NCBI GenBank assembly: GCA_963674745.2
Contig: CAXXDV010000003.1
Location: forward strand, 160,001-224,000
Direction of reading: 5' to 3'
Length of the DNA stretch: 64,000 bases
DNA from: Desulfosudaceae bacterium
Lineage (GTDB): Bacteria > Desulfobacterota > Desulfobacteria > Desulfobacterales > Desulfosudaceae
Shown: piece after piece, positions 18,953 to 28,829 of the stretch
Position numbering within the stretch: the stretch's first letter is position 1
Layout: the number at the start of each line of letters is the position of its first letter
The notes under the pieces: generated by a model
Database searches by the model: none
Told to the model about the DNA's origin: nothing
What the model saw: the letters and a program-made list of their open reading frames with translations, nothing else
Translations under genes and position numbers: made by a program

Positions 18953-19519
18953 CTATCCTGCGGCGAGAAAGTTTTCCGCCATCTTTGAACCATGCTCGGT
19001 CAGAAAACTTTCCGGATGAAATTGGACTCCGAACAGGGGGTGTTCCGTATGATATAGGCCCATGATGATGTTGTCTTCGGTCCTGGCGGAGACGGTCAGA
19101 GTACCGTTGTTTTGGTGAACGGCCAGGGAATGATAACGGGCCGCCGTAAACGGCGAAGGAATACCGGCGAAAATATTGCCGCCCTCATGATACACATCGG
19201 TGGTCTTGCCGTGGACCGGCAGGGGTGCCCGGACGGTTTGTCCGCCGAAAACCTCGTTGATGCATTGCATGCCCAGGCAGACCCCCAGGATGGGTATTCG
19301 CCCGGCAAACCTGCGGATGATCTCGTTGGACAGGCCGGCCTGCTGCGGCGCTTTTGGCCCCGGGCTGATGACCAGGTAGTCGGGGTGCATGTGTTCGATC
19401 TCTTCGATCGAGACCTGGTCGTTTCGGCGCACCGTAATATCCAGGTCAAACAGCAGAAACAGCTGGACCAGGTTGTAGGTAAATGAATCGTAATTATCGA
19501 TCATGAGCAGTTTTTTCAT
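18953..19519 (-). CDS. pabA: Glutamine amidotransferase component II (PabA/TrpG)
   Basis: 'IDNYDSFTYNL', 'SPGP', 'GVCLGMQ', 'RYHSL', 'QFHPES'. Confidence 0.92.
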   Translation of the reverse strand: MKKLLMIDNYDSFTYNLVQLFLLFDLDITVRRNDQVSIEEIEHMHPDYLVISPGPKAPQQAGLSNEIIRRFAGRIPILGVCLGMQCINEVFGGQTVRAPLPVHGKTTDVYHEGGNIFAGIPSPFTAARYHSLAVHQNNGTLTVSARTEDNIIMGLYHTEHPLFGVQFHPESFLTEHGSKMAENFLAAG

Positions 19520-19530
19520 GACGCTCCCCA

Positions 19531-19568
19531 AATAAAAAAGCCACCTCAGACATGCGAGTCTGGGTGGC
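19531..19568 (-). terminator. Intrinsic-terminator-like hairpin in the pabA leader
   Basis: Minus strand GCCACCCAGAC-TCGCAT-GTCTGAGGTGGC followed by TTTTTTATTT, just upstream of the pabA SD. Confidence 0.7.
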
Positions 19569-19750
19569 CGTAACCTGTTTCATAACTCTATAAAGTATTA
19601 AATTCTTGTAGGCTTAAATAGCATTAAAAAAAGGGTATTGCAATAAAATTGTTCATCAGGTGGCGGGTATTACGGTTTGATTTGTCCGGGTTGGATAAGA
19701 CCGGGACATAGCAGTTGACACCGGTAACGCCCGTAATATATTTCTAATGA

Positions 19751-20530
19751 ATGATGATTTGCCCCAAATGTAATTTCGAGCAGAATGATACCAATCATGA
19801 ATGCGTGAAGTGCGGTATTGTTTTTGAAAAATACCAGGCTTCACAGCAGGCCAGAAACACCGCTGCACCTCAGCCCCGGATTGCGTCAGAACAAACTGCG
19901 GTTGAAGAGGAGGCGGGCGTTTTATCCATTGCCAACCAGCTGCTGTTTCATGTGCCGGAAGAAGTGAGTGCTGTCTCGTTCTGGTCAAGAGTGATTCTGC
20001 TGGCGGCGTTGTTTGCCTGGAGCTGGACGTTTATCCTGCCTTCCATTGAAAGCAACGCGGCCGGCCATTCCTTCATGCACCTGGTGAATCTGCCTTTTCA
20101 CGAAGCCGGACATCTGATTTTCAAACCCTTTGGCAGGATCATCCATTCACTGGGCGGCACCCTGGGGCAGATTCTGATGCCCCTGATCTGCATGGGCGTG
20201 CTGGTGGTTAAAACCCGGGATACGTTCGGCGGAGCGGTGGTGTTGTGGTGGGTCGGGCAGAATTTTATCGATATCGCGCCGTACATCAACGACGCCAGAT
20301 CGCTGACCCTGCCGTTGCTGGGCGGCAATACCGGCCGGACTTCGCCCTACGGTTTTCATGATTGGGAGTTTATTCTAAAGGAGTTGCATCTGGCCCAATA
20401 CGATCATTTGTTCGCGGGCCTGTCACATAAACTGGGCACCGGCATCATGTTTCTGGCCTTTGCCTGGGGCGTTTTTGTTCTCGTTAAGCAACACAAAGCA
20501 AGGGGTGTCATGCTTCATCCTGAAACATGA
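19751..20530 (+). CDS. Zinc-ribbon membrane protein with M50-like metallopeptidase motif
   Basis: N-terminal CPKC...CVKC. 'NLPFHEAGH' within a hydrophobic region. 'YINDA', 'HDW'. Confidence 0.75.
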   Translation: MMICPKCNFEQNDTNHECVKCGIVFEKYQASQQARNTAAPQPRIASEQTAVEEEAGVLSIANQLLFHVPEEVSAVSFWSRVILLAALFAWSWTFILPSIESNAAGHSFMHLVNLPFHEAGHLIFKPFGRIIHSLGGTLGQILMPLICMGVLVVKTRDTFGGAVVLWWVGQNFIDIAPYINDARSLTLPLLGGNTGRTSPYGFHDWEFILKELHLAQYDHLFAGLSHKLGTGIMFLAFAWGVFVLVKQHKARGVMLHPET

Positions 20531-20555
20531 AGTATGGCTCCTATGGAGAGAAAAT

Positions 20556-22016
20556 ATGATTATTATTCCACTTTCAGGAAGAATAAGCTGGAAAAATCCA
20601 CCGTTTTTGACGATTGCCCTGGTTCTGGTCAACTGCCTGGTCTTTTCTCTTTTTCAACTCAATGACGACCGTCATTATTATGAGGCGACCGTTTTTTATT
20701 TTGAATCCGGCCTTGCTCAAATCGAAATGCCGGCCTATCTCGACTATTTGAACACTTTGCAGTCGAATCCCGGTGAAAAAAATAATTTTGATGATATGGA
20801 TGATGAAACGCTCATATCCTATTTCAGGAAGATGATGGCAGATGCCGTTTTTCTTAAAATGCTTCGGGGCGGAGATATTATTACGGATGATATGCCCCAT
20901 TATGAAAAATGGGAAACGCTTCGAACCGAATATGAAGAAAAAAAGTTGGAAAGCGTTTCATATCGGTTTGGGTTCAAACCGGGCTTTCCCACCACAACCA
21001 CCCTGTTTACCCATATGTTTCTTCATGGCGGGTGGGCGCATCTTCTGGGAAACATGGTTTTTTTATGGTTGGCCGGTTGTCTGGTGGAAACCGCCATGAA
21101 ACGCCCTTATTTTTTACCCGCATATATATTTACGGGACTTACTTCGGTGGGCCTGTTCTGGGTGTTTAATCAGAGCAGTGCCGTTCAGCTGGTCGGGGCG
21201 TCAGGCGCGATTTCCGGGCTGATGGGGATGCTGACCACCCTTTATGGATTTAACAGGATTCGGGTCTTTTATTCACTGGGTTTTTATTTCAATTATTTAA
21301 GAGCACCGGCCATTTTACTGCTGCCTATATGGGTGGGGGCTGAACTGGTTCAGGTCTTCTGGGGAGGCCCGAGCAATGTGGCCTATCTGGCCCATGTGGG
21401 CGGATTTATCGGCGGCGGTGCGGCCGGCCTGCTGATCACCCGGGTGCTTCACGTCGATATACCGGAGGTGATCAAGGAAGCACCCAAAGACCGGGCACCG
21501 GAGTATATTGAACAGGCCTTAAAAGAGGCCGGGGAGCTGAATATCCAGGAGGCCATTACCATTCTGGACCAGGCCCTGGGGGAATATCCCGGTCATTTGG
21601 AAATCATGAAGCAGCAATACAAAATCGCGCGATTGGATCCGGATAATGCAGTGATTCATACTGTGGCCGGCCGGTTGCTGAACGCCTTTTGCACTTCAGA
21701 AGGAAATGGCGATAAGGCCCGTGACCTGTATGACGACTATATCAAGACCGTTAAAAAGCCCAAACTGTCTTTGCAGGCTTATGCCCGGCTTACAGCGGCT
21801 TACATATCAATCGGGGACACGGCCAGGGCGGAAAAATTCGTGGCCATGTTTTTAAAACGCAAAGCCGATATGCCGGAACTGCCGGTGATCCTGATGAAAC
21901 TAGCCCAAGCGTTCAAAAAAAGAGGAGACGACGGAAAACATGAGAAGTGCCGCCGAATCCTTTTAAGCAGATTCCCTGAATCCAGGGAGGCTGCCTTAAT
22001 GACGCAAACCAGATAA
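20556..22016 (+). CDS. Rhomboid intramembrane serine protease with C-terminal TPR-like region
   Basis: 'THMFLHGGWAHLLGNM', 'VGASGAISG', 'VAYLAHVGG'. Helical C-terminus. Confidence 0.9.
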   Translation: MIIIPLSGRISWKNPPFLTIALVLVNCLVFSLFQLNDDRHYYEATVFYFESGLAQIEMPAYLDYLNTLQSNPGEKNNFDDMDDETLISYFRKMMADAVFLKMLRGGDIITDDMPHYEKWETLRTEYEEKKLESVSYRFGFKPGFPTTTTLFTHMFLHGGWAHLLGNMVFLWLAGCLVETAMKRPYFLPAYIFTGLTSVGLFWVFNQSSAVQLVGASGAISGLMGMLTTLYGFNRIRVFYSLGFYFNYLRAPAILLLPIWVGAELVQVFWGGPSNVAYLAHVGGFIGGGAAGLLITRVLHVDIPEVIKEAPKDRAPEYIEQALKEAGELNIQEAITILDQALGEYPGHLEIMKQQYKIARLDPDNAVIHTVAGRLLNAFCTSEGNGDKARDLYDDYIKTVKKPKLSLQAYARLTAAYISIGDTARAEKFVAMFLKRKADMPELPVILMKLAQAFKKRGDDGKHEKCRRILLSRFPESREAALMTQTR

Positions 22017-22024
22017 AACTCGAA

Positions 22025-23458
22025 TCAGGTCTTAATTCCTTCCAGGTATCTCCTGGCAAAGGGCGTAATATCATGGTCCGGGAATTTTTTGATCAGGGCG
22101 GCGATAATCTTTTTTGATTTTAAAGCGTCGTTAAGTTTTTCGTTATAGATCTGAGCTAGCTGAAAGTATGCCTTGGGCACCAGCACGTCGTCCGGGTAAA
22201 ATTTAAGGATTTTGTTCAACGCATTTACGGCGCCTTTGATTTTTTCGCCTTCATGAAGCCAGTTGGCCAGTTTAAGCAGGTTTCGTGGCTTTACACGAAA
22301 ACTTTTTTCAACCGAAGCGCATTCAATATAGACGGCGCATGCTTTTTCCTTTTCATCGGCATTGATCAGCCGGTGAACGAGTTCTCTGCCTTGTTCCACC
22401 ATATCAGGGTACTCTTTTTTTAAACGCAGAAGCCTGTAAAAGCGCTCCAATAAGACCAGGCTGGTGATTCCGGCAACGCCGACCGCCTCTTTAATATAAT
22501 CAATGGCTTCATCCGTCCTGCCTTCTTTAACCAGAATTTCAACCTGATCGATAACCCCCTGTTGCGGGTCCTTGCTTTCGGCTGTTTTTTCCGTTGCTGT
22601 CGAAGGGTCATGAAATTCGTCAAAGTCAATGTCGTAATTGAGCTGTTCATGATATTGCAGGATAACGTAACCCATCAGGTAATAAGAGACAAAAGTATAG
22701 TAATTCTGGGCAAAATGGATGAGGAATGCCAGCAGGTAGGGCGGTATGAATTTCGCGGCCAGGTAGATCAGGGAAGAAGGCGCAAAGAATAGCAACACCA
22801 GCAGAAACCACATCAAAAGGTATCCCCATCCGATGCGAACGACCATACCGATGAACATGACCGGGTTTAAGGCATGCCCGAGTCGCTCGGAAGTGGCCAG
22901 GAGAATAATCATGGCGGGCAAGAGAAATATCCCGGCAATGGCATAAAAAATCATTCCGATAAGGCCCGTGCTGGTCGCTATGGATATGCCCAGAAACCAC
23001 AGGATGCCAAAAAGAATCCACTGCTGGATTACAGGCCAGATGTCCTCTGAATCAACCAGGGTGTCATAGGAAGGCGGACGCATATCACCATAAAGGGTGT
23101 TGAGCAGGATTTTATAGGCGTATTTAATCAGGGCGGCGCCTATGAAAAGATTAAAAAACGGCACCCAGCCGAGAAAAACAGCGGCGAGGGTCAGGATAAG
23201 GTTGAATAACAGCGGCTGGGGCTTTAACGGGTAGGCAAAGAAAGCGGGCATTCGATTCCAGAAAGGCTCTATCAGGTTGGACGCGCCGACCCATTCGGCC
23301 TCGATGAAGCATTTGGGGCAAAGGTGAATCTTGTCTTTCTTCAGTCCATAGCTGCCTTTTTCTCGTTCCACAACACAGGATGGACAAAGCCGGGCCTGGC
23401 ATTTCGGGCAGATCCAGTGCGCCGGTTTGGTCGGATGATAGCTGCAAAAAGACCCCAT
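22025..23458 (-). CDS. B-box-like Zn finger / multi-TM (DUF4013-like) / TPR protein
   Basis: 'CSYHP...WICPKC...LCPSC...CPKC', 'FFAYPL', several TM segments, 'GYVILQYH', TPR-like C-terminus. Confidence 0.75.
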   Translation of the reverse strand: MGSFCSYHPTKPAHWICPKCQARLCPSCVVEREKGSYGLKKDKIHLCPKCFIEAEWVGASNLIEPFWNRMPAFFAYPLKPQPLLFNLILTLAAVFLGWVPFFNLFIGAALIKYAYKILLNTLYGDMRPPSYDTLVDSEDIWPVIQQWILFGILWFLGISIATSTGLIGMIFYAIAGIFLLPAMIILLATSERLGHALNPVMFIGMVVRIGWGYLLMWFLLVLLFFAPSSLIYLAAKFIPPYLLAFLIHFAQNYYTFVSYYLMGYVILQYHEQLNYDIDFDEFHDPSTATEKTAESKDPQQGVIDQVEILVKEGRTDEAIDYIKEAVGVAGITSLVLLERFYRLLRLKKEYPDMVEQGRELVHRLINADEKEKACAVYIECASVEKSFRVKPRNLLKLANWLHEGEKIKGAVNALNKILKFYPDDVLVPKAYFQLAQIYNEKLNDALKSKKIIAALIKKFPDHDITPFARRYLEGIKT

Positions 23459-23567
23459 ACGCTTACCCCCCCCCGTTTTATGCGTTAAGATCGCCATTTA
23501 CCCACATCCGGCTGCCATGTCCGATTCCGGATGATAATGGACGTTGCCGTCAGGCCCTAATATTTGG

Positions 23568-25931
23568 TCATTTTTTCTTTTTTGGAAATGCCAGCGTCAG
23601 CACATCATCCATGGTGGCGGCGTAATGAAAGGTCAGGTCTTTTTTGACCTTGTCCGGGATTTCATCCGTGTCTTTTTCATTGGGGACCGGGAGCACCAAT
23701 TCTTTTATCCCGGCGCGATGGGCCGCAATGACTTTTTCCTTGATGCCGCCGACAGGCATGACTTTCCCTCTCAGCGTGATCTCACCGGTCATGGCCAGCT
23801 TGTTTTTGACGCGTTTGCCGGTCATCAGGGAAACCAGGGCGGTCAGGATGGTGACCCCGGCGGAAGGCCCGTCTTTTGGGATGGCGCCTGAGGGGACATG
23901 GATATGGAAATCTGTTTTTTCGTAAAAGTCTTCGTCAATATCATATCTTTTCGCATTGGAACGGATAAAGCTCAAGGCGGCCATGGCGGATTCCTTCATG
24001 ACATCGCCCAACTGCCCGGTCAGGGTCAGTCCCCTCTTGCCTTTCATTGAGGTGGCTTCGATAAAGAGCAGCTCCCCGCCCACCGGTGTCCAGGCCAGGC
24101 CCATGACAACACCCGGGGATAATGATCGTTCTCCCACTTCCGAGGTAAATCGGACGGGCCCGAGATATTCTTTTAAGTGTTCGGTTTTGATGGTCGGGGA
24201 AACCGGAATCCCTTCCGCGATCTTGGCGGCGACACCCCGGCAGACCGAAGCAATTTCCCGTTCGGCGTTGCGAAGGCCGGCCTCTCTGGTGTAATCAGAG
24301 ATAATGCGCCGTATGACGGTTTTTGAAAAGGTTATCTGTCTGGCGTTCAACCCGTTTTCTTTTCGCTGACGGGGAATAAGATAATGGGTGGCGATTTTGA
24401 TTTTTTCTTCCTGGGTATATCCCCGCAGATGGATGATTTCCATCCTGTCGCGCAATGCCGGCGGAATGGTATCGATGATGTTGGCGGTACCGATGAACAT
24501 GACCTTTGACAGGTCATAAGAAACATCCAGGTAATGGTCGGCAAAGGAGAAGTTCTGTTCCGGGTCAAGCACTTCCAGCAGGGCGGAAGAAGGATCTCCC
24601 TTAAAGTCCGCGCCGACCTTGTCAATTTCATCCATCATGAAAACAGGATTGTTCTTCCCGGCTTTCCGCAGTTCCTGGATGATCCGGCCCGGCAGTGCGC
24701 CCACATAAGTGCGGCGGTGCCCCCGGATTTCCGCTTCATCCCGGACGCCGCCAAGGGAAATGCGGACAAATTCCCTGCCCAGGGCGCGGGCAATAGAGCG
24801 GCCCAGGGATGTCTTGCCGGTGCCGGGGGGGCCGGCAAAACAGAGGATCGGTCCCTTGGAGCTTGGGTTTAATTTTCTGACGGCCAGGTATTCGAGGATC
24901 CTTTTTTTGGGCTTTTCCAAACCGAAGTGGTCTTTGTCCAGAATGGCCCGGGCCGCCGTGATGTCCAGTTTGTCTTCCGAACTGATGGCCCAGGGCAGTT
25001 CGGTCAGCCAGTCAAGATAGGTTGAGGAGACCGTGTATTCGGAAGATGAAGAGTGCATTCTGCCGAACCGTTCCAGTTCCCGTGTGGCTGCTTTGTATGC
25101 TTCTTCCGGCATGTTGGCGGCTTCTATTTTGGCCCGATATTCTTCAACCTCGACGCTGGTGTCGTCTTTTTCACCTAACTCTTCCTTGATGGCCTTCAAC
25201 TGCTTGCGCAGATAAAATTCTTTCTGCTGCTGGTTCATGTCCTCTTTTACCTGGGATTGGATTTTATCTCCCAGCTTCAGAACTTCCACCTGATGATTGG
25301 CCAGTTTGGTCGTTTTTTTCAGTCTTTCCTTGACATCCATTGTGGCCAGAACACTCTGCTTTTCTTGCAGAGAACAGTTAATGGTGGACGTGATCATGTC
25401 GGCCAGGGTGCCCGGTTCTTCAATGGTGGTGGACATGGCGCCCAGTTCATTGGGGATTACCGGGGAAATTCTGACAATGTCCTGAAATATTTTGGTCAGA
25501 TTCGACATCAACCCTTCGGTTTCTTTGTCTTTTGTCGCCGGGTCGGTGAGCGTTTCGACCTCGGCTTCCATAAACGGGGTCCGTTTGGTGATCTGCTTTA
25601 TACTGACCCGGGTCAATCCCTGGACCATGAGATGGATTTTTTCGTTTTCATCCTTGGCCATTTTAAGGATCAGAGACATGGTGCCGATATTATGAAGATC
25701 TTCCGGTTCAAACCGGTCTTTTTTCTCTTCACTCTTAACCGCTATCAGGCCGATCATTCTGTTGCCGGCCATCACGGTGTCTACCATTTTGACGTATTCA
25801 TGCTGCGTAATAACAATCGGGATAACCATTCTCGGGAACAATATGCCATCGGCAAGAGGTACCAAAGGAAGTTTATCCGGAAGTTGTTCCGTGCTATTTT
25901 CGTTGATATCCTTGGAATTCGGGGTGTTCAT
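23568..25931 (-). CDS. lon: ATP-dependent protease La (Lon)
   Basis: Walker A GPPGTGKT, 'RGHRRTYVGALPG', 'DEIDK', 'PKDGPSAG', 'GGIKEK'. SD GGAGG before ATG 25931. Confidence 0.97.
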   Translation of the reverse strand: MNTPNSKDINENSTEQLPDKLPLVPLADGILFPRMVIPIVITQHEYVKMVDTVMAGNRMIGLIAVKSEEKKDRFEPEDLHNIGTMSLILKMAKDENEKIHLMVQGLTRVSIKQITKRTPFMEAEVETLTDPATKDKETEGLMSNLTKIFQDIVRISPVIPNELGAMSTTIEEPGTLADMITSTINCSLQEKQSVLATMDVKERLKKTTKLANHQVEVLKLGDKIQSQVKEDMNQQQKEFYLRKQLKAIKEELGEKDDTSVEVEEYRAKIEAANMPEEAYKAATRELERFGRMHSSSSEYTVSSTYLDWLTELPWAISSEDKLDITAARAILDKDHFGLEKPKKRILEYLAVRKLNPSSKGPILCFAGPPGTGKTSLGRSIARALGREFVRISLGGVRDEAEIRGHRRTYVGALPGRIIQELRKAGKNNPVFMMDEIDKVGADFKGDPSSALLEVLDPEQNFSFADHYLDVSYDLSKVMFIGTANIIDTIPPALRDRMEIIHLRGYTQEEKIKIATHYLIPRQRKENGLNARQITFSKTVIRRIISDYTREAGLRNAEREIASVCRGVAAKIAEGIPVSPTIKTEHLKEYLGPVRFTSEVGERSLSPGVVMGLAWTPVGGELLFIEATSMKGKRGLTLTGQLGDVMKESAMAALSFIRSNAKRYDIDEDFYEKTDFHIHVPSGAIPKDGPSAGVTILTALVSLMTGKRVKNKLAMTGEITLRGKVMPVGGIKEKVIAAHRAGIKELVLPVPNEKDTDEIPDKVKKDLTFHYAATMDDVLTLAFPKKKK

Positions 25932-26000
25932 CTTTTCCTCCAAAGTCGGCTTATTCATAATCCGGTGATACGAATGATGATCGTCACCGGGATATCGGCA

Positions 26001-26453
26001 TTATACGTCATCGTCTCGAATGGGGACCTTCATCGACTTGCGGAGGCGCTGCTTGGCCATGGTGATTTGAAGTATCCCGGCCGAAAGCGATGCGGAAACC
26101 CTGTCCGTATCGATCGGTTTGGGTAAAAACAGGATACGTTCAAATTTTCCGTATTGAATTTCGGCCAGACAAAAGGTCGCCTCCGTCACGGGAGACGGCG
26201 GGCGGCGGGAGCCTGAAATCCTTACCGCTCGTTCGTTGATCTCAATTTCCATGGACTCTTTGTCCACTCCGGCGATGGTGGCGACAATTTTGATCTCATC
26301 GGCGGTTTCAAACAAGTCCATCTGCGGTTTCCAGGTGCGATCCAACTGGGAAAAAATGGGGTTGGCGGTTCCGAATATGTCGTCTATGGTTCGTCGCAGG
26401 CCCTTGCTGACCTGGTCAAGGTTGGAACTCAACCGAATTTTGATGTAATCCAT
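26001..26453 (-). CDS. Hsp20/alpha-crystallin small heat shock protein
   Basis: 'PQMDLFET', 'IAGV', 'EIQYGKFER', 'AGILQITMAK'. Confidence 0.9.
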   Translation of the reverse strand: MDYIKIRLSSNLDQVSKGLRRTIDDIFGTANPIFSQLDRTWKPQMDLFETADEIKIVATIAGVDKESMEIEINERAVRISGSRRPPSPVTEATFCLAEIQYGKFERILFLPKPIDTDRVSASLSAGILQITMAKQRLRKSMKVPIRDDDV

Positions 26454-26581
26454 TTTTCCTCCTGAGTGGCGTGGTTGTGACGGCCTGTGGCAGCGGTCAA
26501 AATTTCCTTTATTAATATACTACAATTCAAATTTATTGCAAATCCTTTCCCATGCTGATTGTATCGATGTCTATAAAATTC

Positions 26582-26611
26582 TTGACAGAAAATATTACCG
26601 GCGGTTAAGAT
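26582..26611 (+). promoter_or_regulatory. Sigma70 promoter candidate for the PPi-PFK gene
   Basis: TTGACA-18 nt-TAAGAT. Confidence 0.5.
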
Positions 26612-26700
26612 TCGACCTGTTATGGACGCAAGTTTCAAGCGGCTTTTCCAGTCTTTTGGTTAACATTTTCATGCCCGTCGAGGTAACAGCGGAGGCTCTG

Positions 26701-28803
26701 ATGACTTCTGAAGATCCAGGTGTTCGTGAATTTTTGTCACAGCAATCAGTCCGGCAGGTAATCAGCGACGTCAGTTCGGAAATGGCGGCCCGTCGCAAGT
26801 TCATTCCGCCATTGTGCGACGCCTTCACCGGGACATGTACAGCCGTTCACAATGTTCCGGGTTTTAAGTTCACGATAGACAAGGAGGCGGAACGGCAGTT
26901 GCCGGACATTATTAATAATATGGTGCAGCAGATTTACCTTGAAGATTCGCTGACCGATGATTTTAAGGAAAAGTATTGCGCCCGGCGCAATATTGGTATT
27001 GTTTTTTCCGGCGGTCCTGCGCCGGGAGGCCATAATGTTATTGCCGGGCTATTTGACGCGGCCAAAAAGGCCAATCCGGACACAAAAATATACGGTTTCA
27101 TTCTCGGCCCGGACGGTGTGATTGAGGGAGAGTACGTGGAAATAACGCAAGAGATGGTTGACGCCTATCGCAACCTGGGCGGTTTTTCCATGATTAAAAC
27201 CGGCCGCACTAAAATTGATACCAGGGAAAAAAAGGCCCGGGCACGGGAAACCTGCCGTAAAATGGCACTGGACGCCCTGGTGATTGTGGGCGGTGACGAC
27301 TCCAATACCAATGCCGCTTTTCTGGCCCAGGAACTGTACGAGGACGGTGTCCAGGTGATCGGTGTGCCCAAGACCATTGACGGTGATATCCAGGTCAGGG
27401 ACGACGAAGGCCGCGTGTTGTGCGCCATGTCGTTCGGTTTTCATTCCGCCGCCCGTTCCTTTGCCGGGCAGATCAGCAACCTCTGCACGGACGCCAGTTC
27501 AGACGTCAAGTACTGGCATGTTTGCAAGGTCATGGGCCGGGTGGCCAGTCACCTGGCTCTGGAGGTGGCCTTGCAGGCGCACCCCAATCTGACGTTTATC
27601 GGAGAAGACCTGGCGGATTACGTGGATACCAATCGGTTGAAAAACTCAGAAGGGGAAGGCGCTGTGGACTACAGTGCCTACGGCATGACCCTGCGTCATC
27701 TTTCCCGGGTCATCTGTGACGCCATTGTCAGAAGGGCGGCGGTGGGTAAAAACTACGGGGTGATGGTCATCCCCGAAGGGCTGCTGGAATTCATCAATGA
27801 GATCCAGGTGTTTATTATTAAATTAAACGCCATTATCGCGGAATACAATGCCACCCACGATACCCACTTCCATGATGATTTCCCGCTTCTGGAGGACAAG
27901 CTGGACTATCTGCGCCGTCAGGAAAGGCGTTCGCGCGAGGAAGACGGCTTTACCCTGTGGAATACACGGGACGACGATCTGTTTAATGATATTCCGCCTT
28001 TTTTTCAGGAAGGTTTGCTGCTGGAACGGGACAGTCACGGCAATTTTCCGTTTTCCCAGGTGGTCACGGAAAAAGTGATCATGGGATTGGTGGAGGATTA
28101 TCTTAATACGCTCAAGGAAAAAGGGGAATACCGCATCGGCATTAGAAAAGAGTTCTATGAGGAGACCATGACCAAGGCGGGGCTGGATTCGGCATACTAC
28201 GGGCCGCTGCTGTTTAAAAACTGGACGTCCGATTACCTGCTTTTTAAGAACAGCATCATGTCCCTTAAGACCCTGACCGCGGAATTGATCAAAGGCGGTG
28301 CGATACTGGAAAATGAAGCCGTGCCGCCGGCAGTGGAACTGATTTACAAACATTCCGTCCCCAAATTCAAAACACAGGTTCATTTTTACGGTTATGACGG
28401 ACGGGGAAACGATCCCACCCGCTTTGACTGTACCTATACTTACAATTTGGGTATGACCGTATTCGCGCTGGTGGCCAACGGCGCTACCGGTCAGATGGCC
28501 GCCATCAAGAACCTGGAAAAGGGGTTTGAAAAGTGGGTACCGCTGGGCATTCCCATTGCGCCCATGATGCACTTAGAAGAACGAATGGGAAAACTGTCAC
28601 TGGTTCTGGAAAAGAGCCTGGTCGATATCAACTGCCCGGCATTTCAGGCGGTCAGGGGACTCAGGGAAGAATGGCTGGCCGCTGCACCCGGGGAAGACAG
28701 CTTCAGAACACCTTCACCCATTTCGCTGGATTCGGACAATGAAGAGGACAGACCCCTGACCCTTCTGTTGAATGCCTTGGGGGAATCTCTCGGCAAAAAA
28801 TAA
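26701..28803 (+). CDS. pfp: Pyrophosphate-dependent 6-phosphofructokinase (long form)
   Basis: 'FSGGPAPGGHN', 'GGDDSNTNA', 'PKTIDGD', 'MGR.ASH'. GGDD plus PKTIDGD indicates PPi use. SD GGAGG. Confidence 0.9.
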   Translation: MTSEDPGVREFLSQQSVRQVISDVSSEMAARRKFIPPLCDAFTGTCTAVHNVPGFKFTIDKEAERQLPDIINNMVQQIYLEDSLTDDFKEKYCARRNIGIVFSGGPAPGGHNVIAGLFDAAKKANPDTKIYGFILGPDGVIEGEYVEITQEMVDAYRNLGGFSMIKTGRTKIDTREKKARARETCRKMALDALVIVGGDDSNTNAAFLAQELYEDGVQVIGVPKTIDGDIQVRDDEGRVLCAMSFGFHSAARSFAGQISNLCTDASSDVKYWHVCKVMGRVASHLALEVALQAHPNLTFIGEDLADYVDTNRLKNSEGEGAVDYSAYGMTLRHLSRVICDAIVRRAAVGKNYGVMVIPEGLLEFINEIQVFIIKLNAIIAEYNATHDTHFHDDFPLLEDKLDYLRRQERRSREEDGFTLWNTRDDDLFNDIPPFFQEGLLLERDSHGNFPFSQVVTEKVIMGLVEDYLNTLKEKGEYRIGIRKEFYEETMTKAGLDSAYYGPLLFKNWTSDYLLFKNSIMSLKTLTAELIKGGAILENEAVPPAVELIYKHSVPKFKTQVHFYGYDGRGNDPTRFDCTYTYNLGMTVFALVANGATGQMAAIKNLEKGFEKWVPLGIPIAPMMHLEERMGKLSLVLEKSLVDINCPAFQAVRGLREEWLAAAPGEDSFRTPSPISLDSDNEEDRPLTLLLNALGESLGKK

Positions 28804-28829
28804 AATCGCTTGGATAGGAAGGGGGGGGG

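Noticed and set aside
25257..26126. 289-aa plus-strand ORF
   Set aside because: It is an antisense shadow of lon/hsp20.
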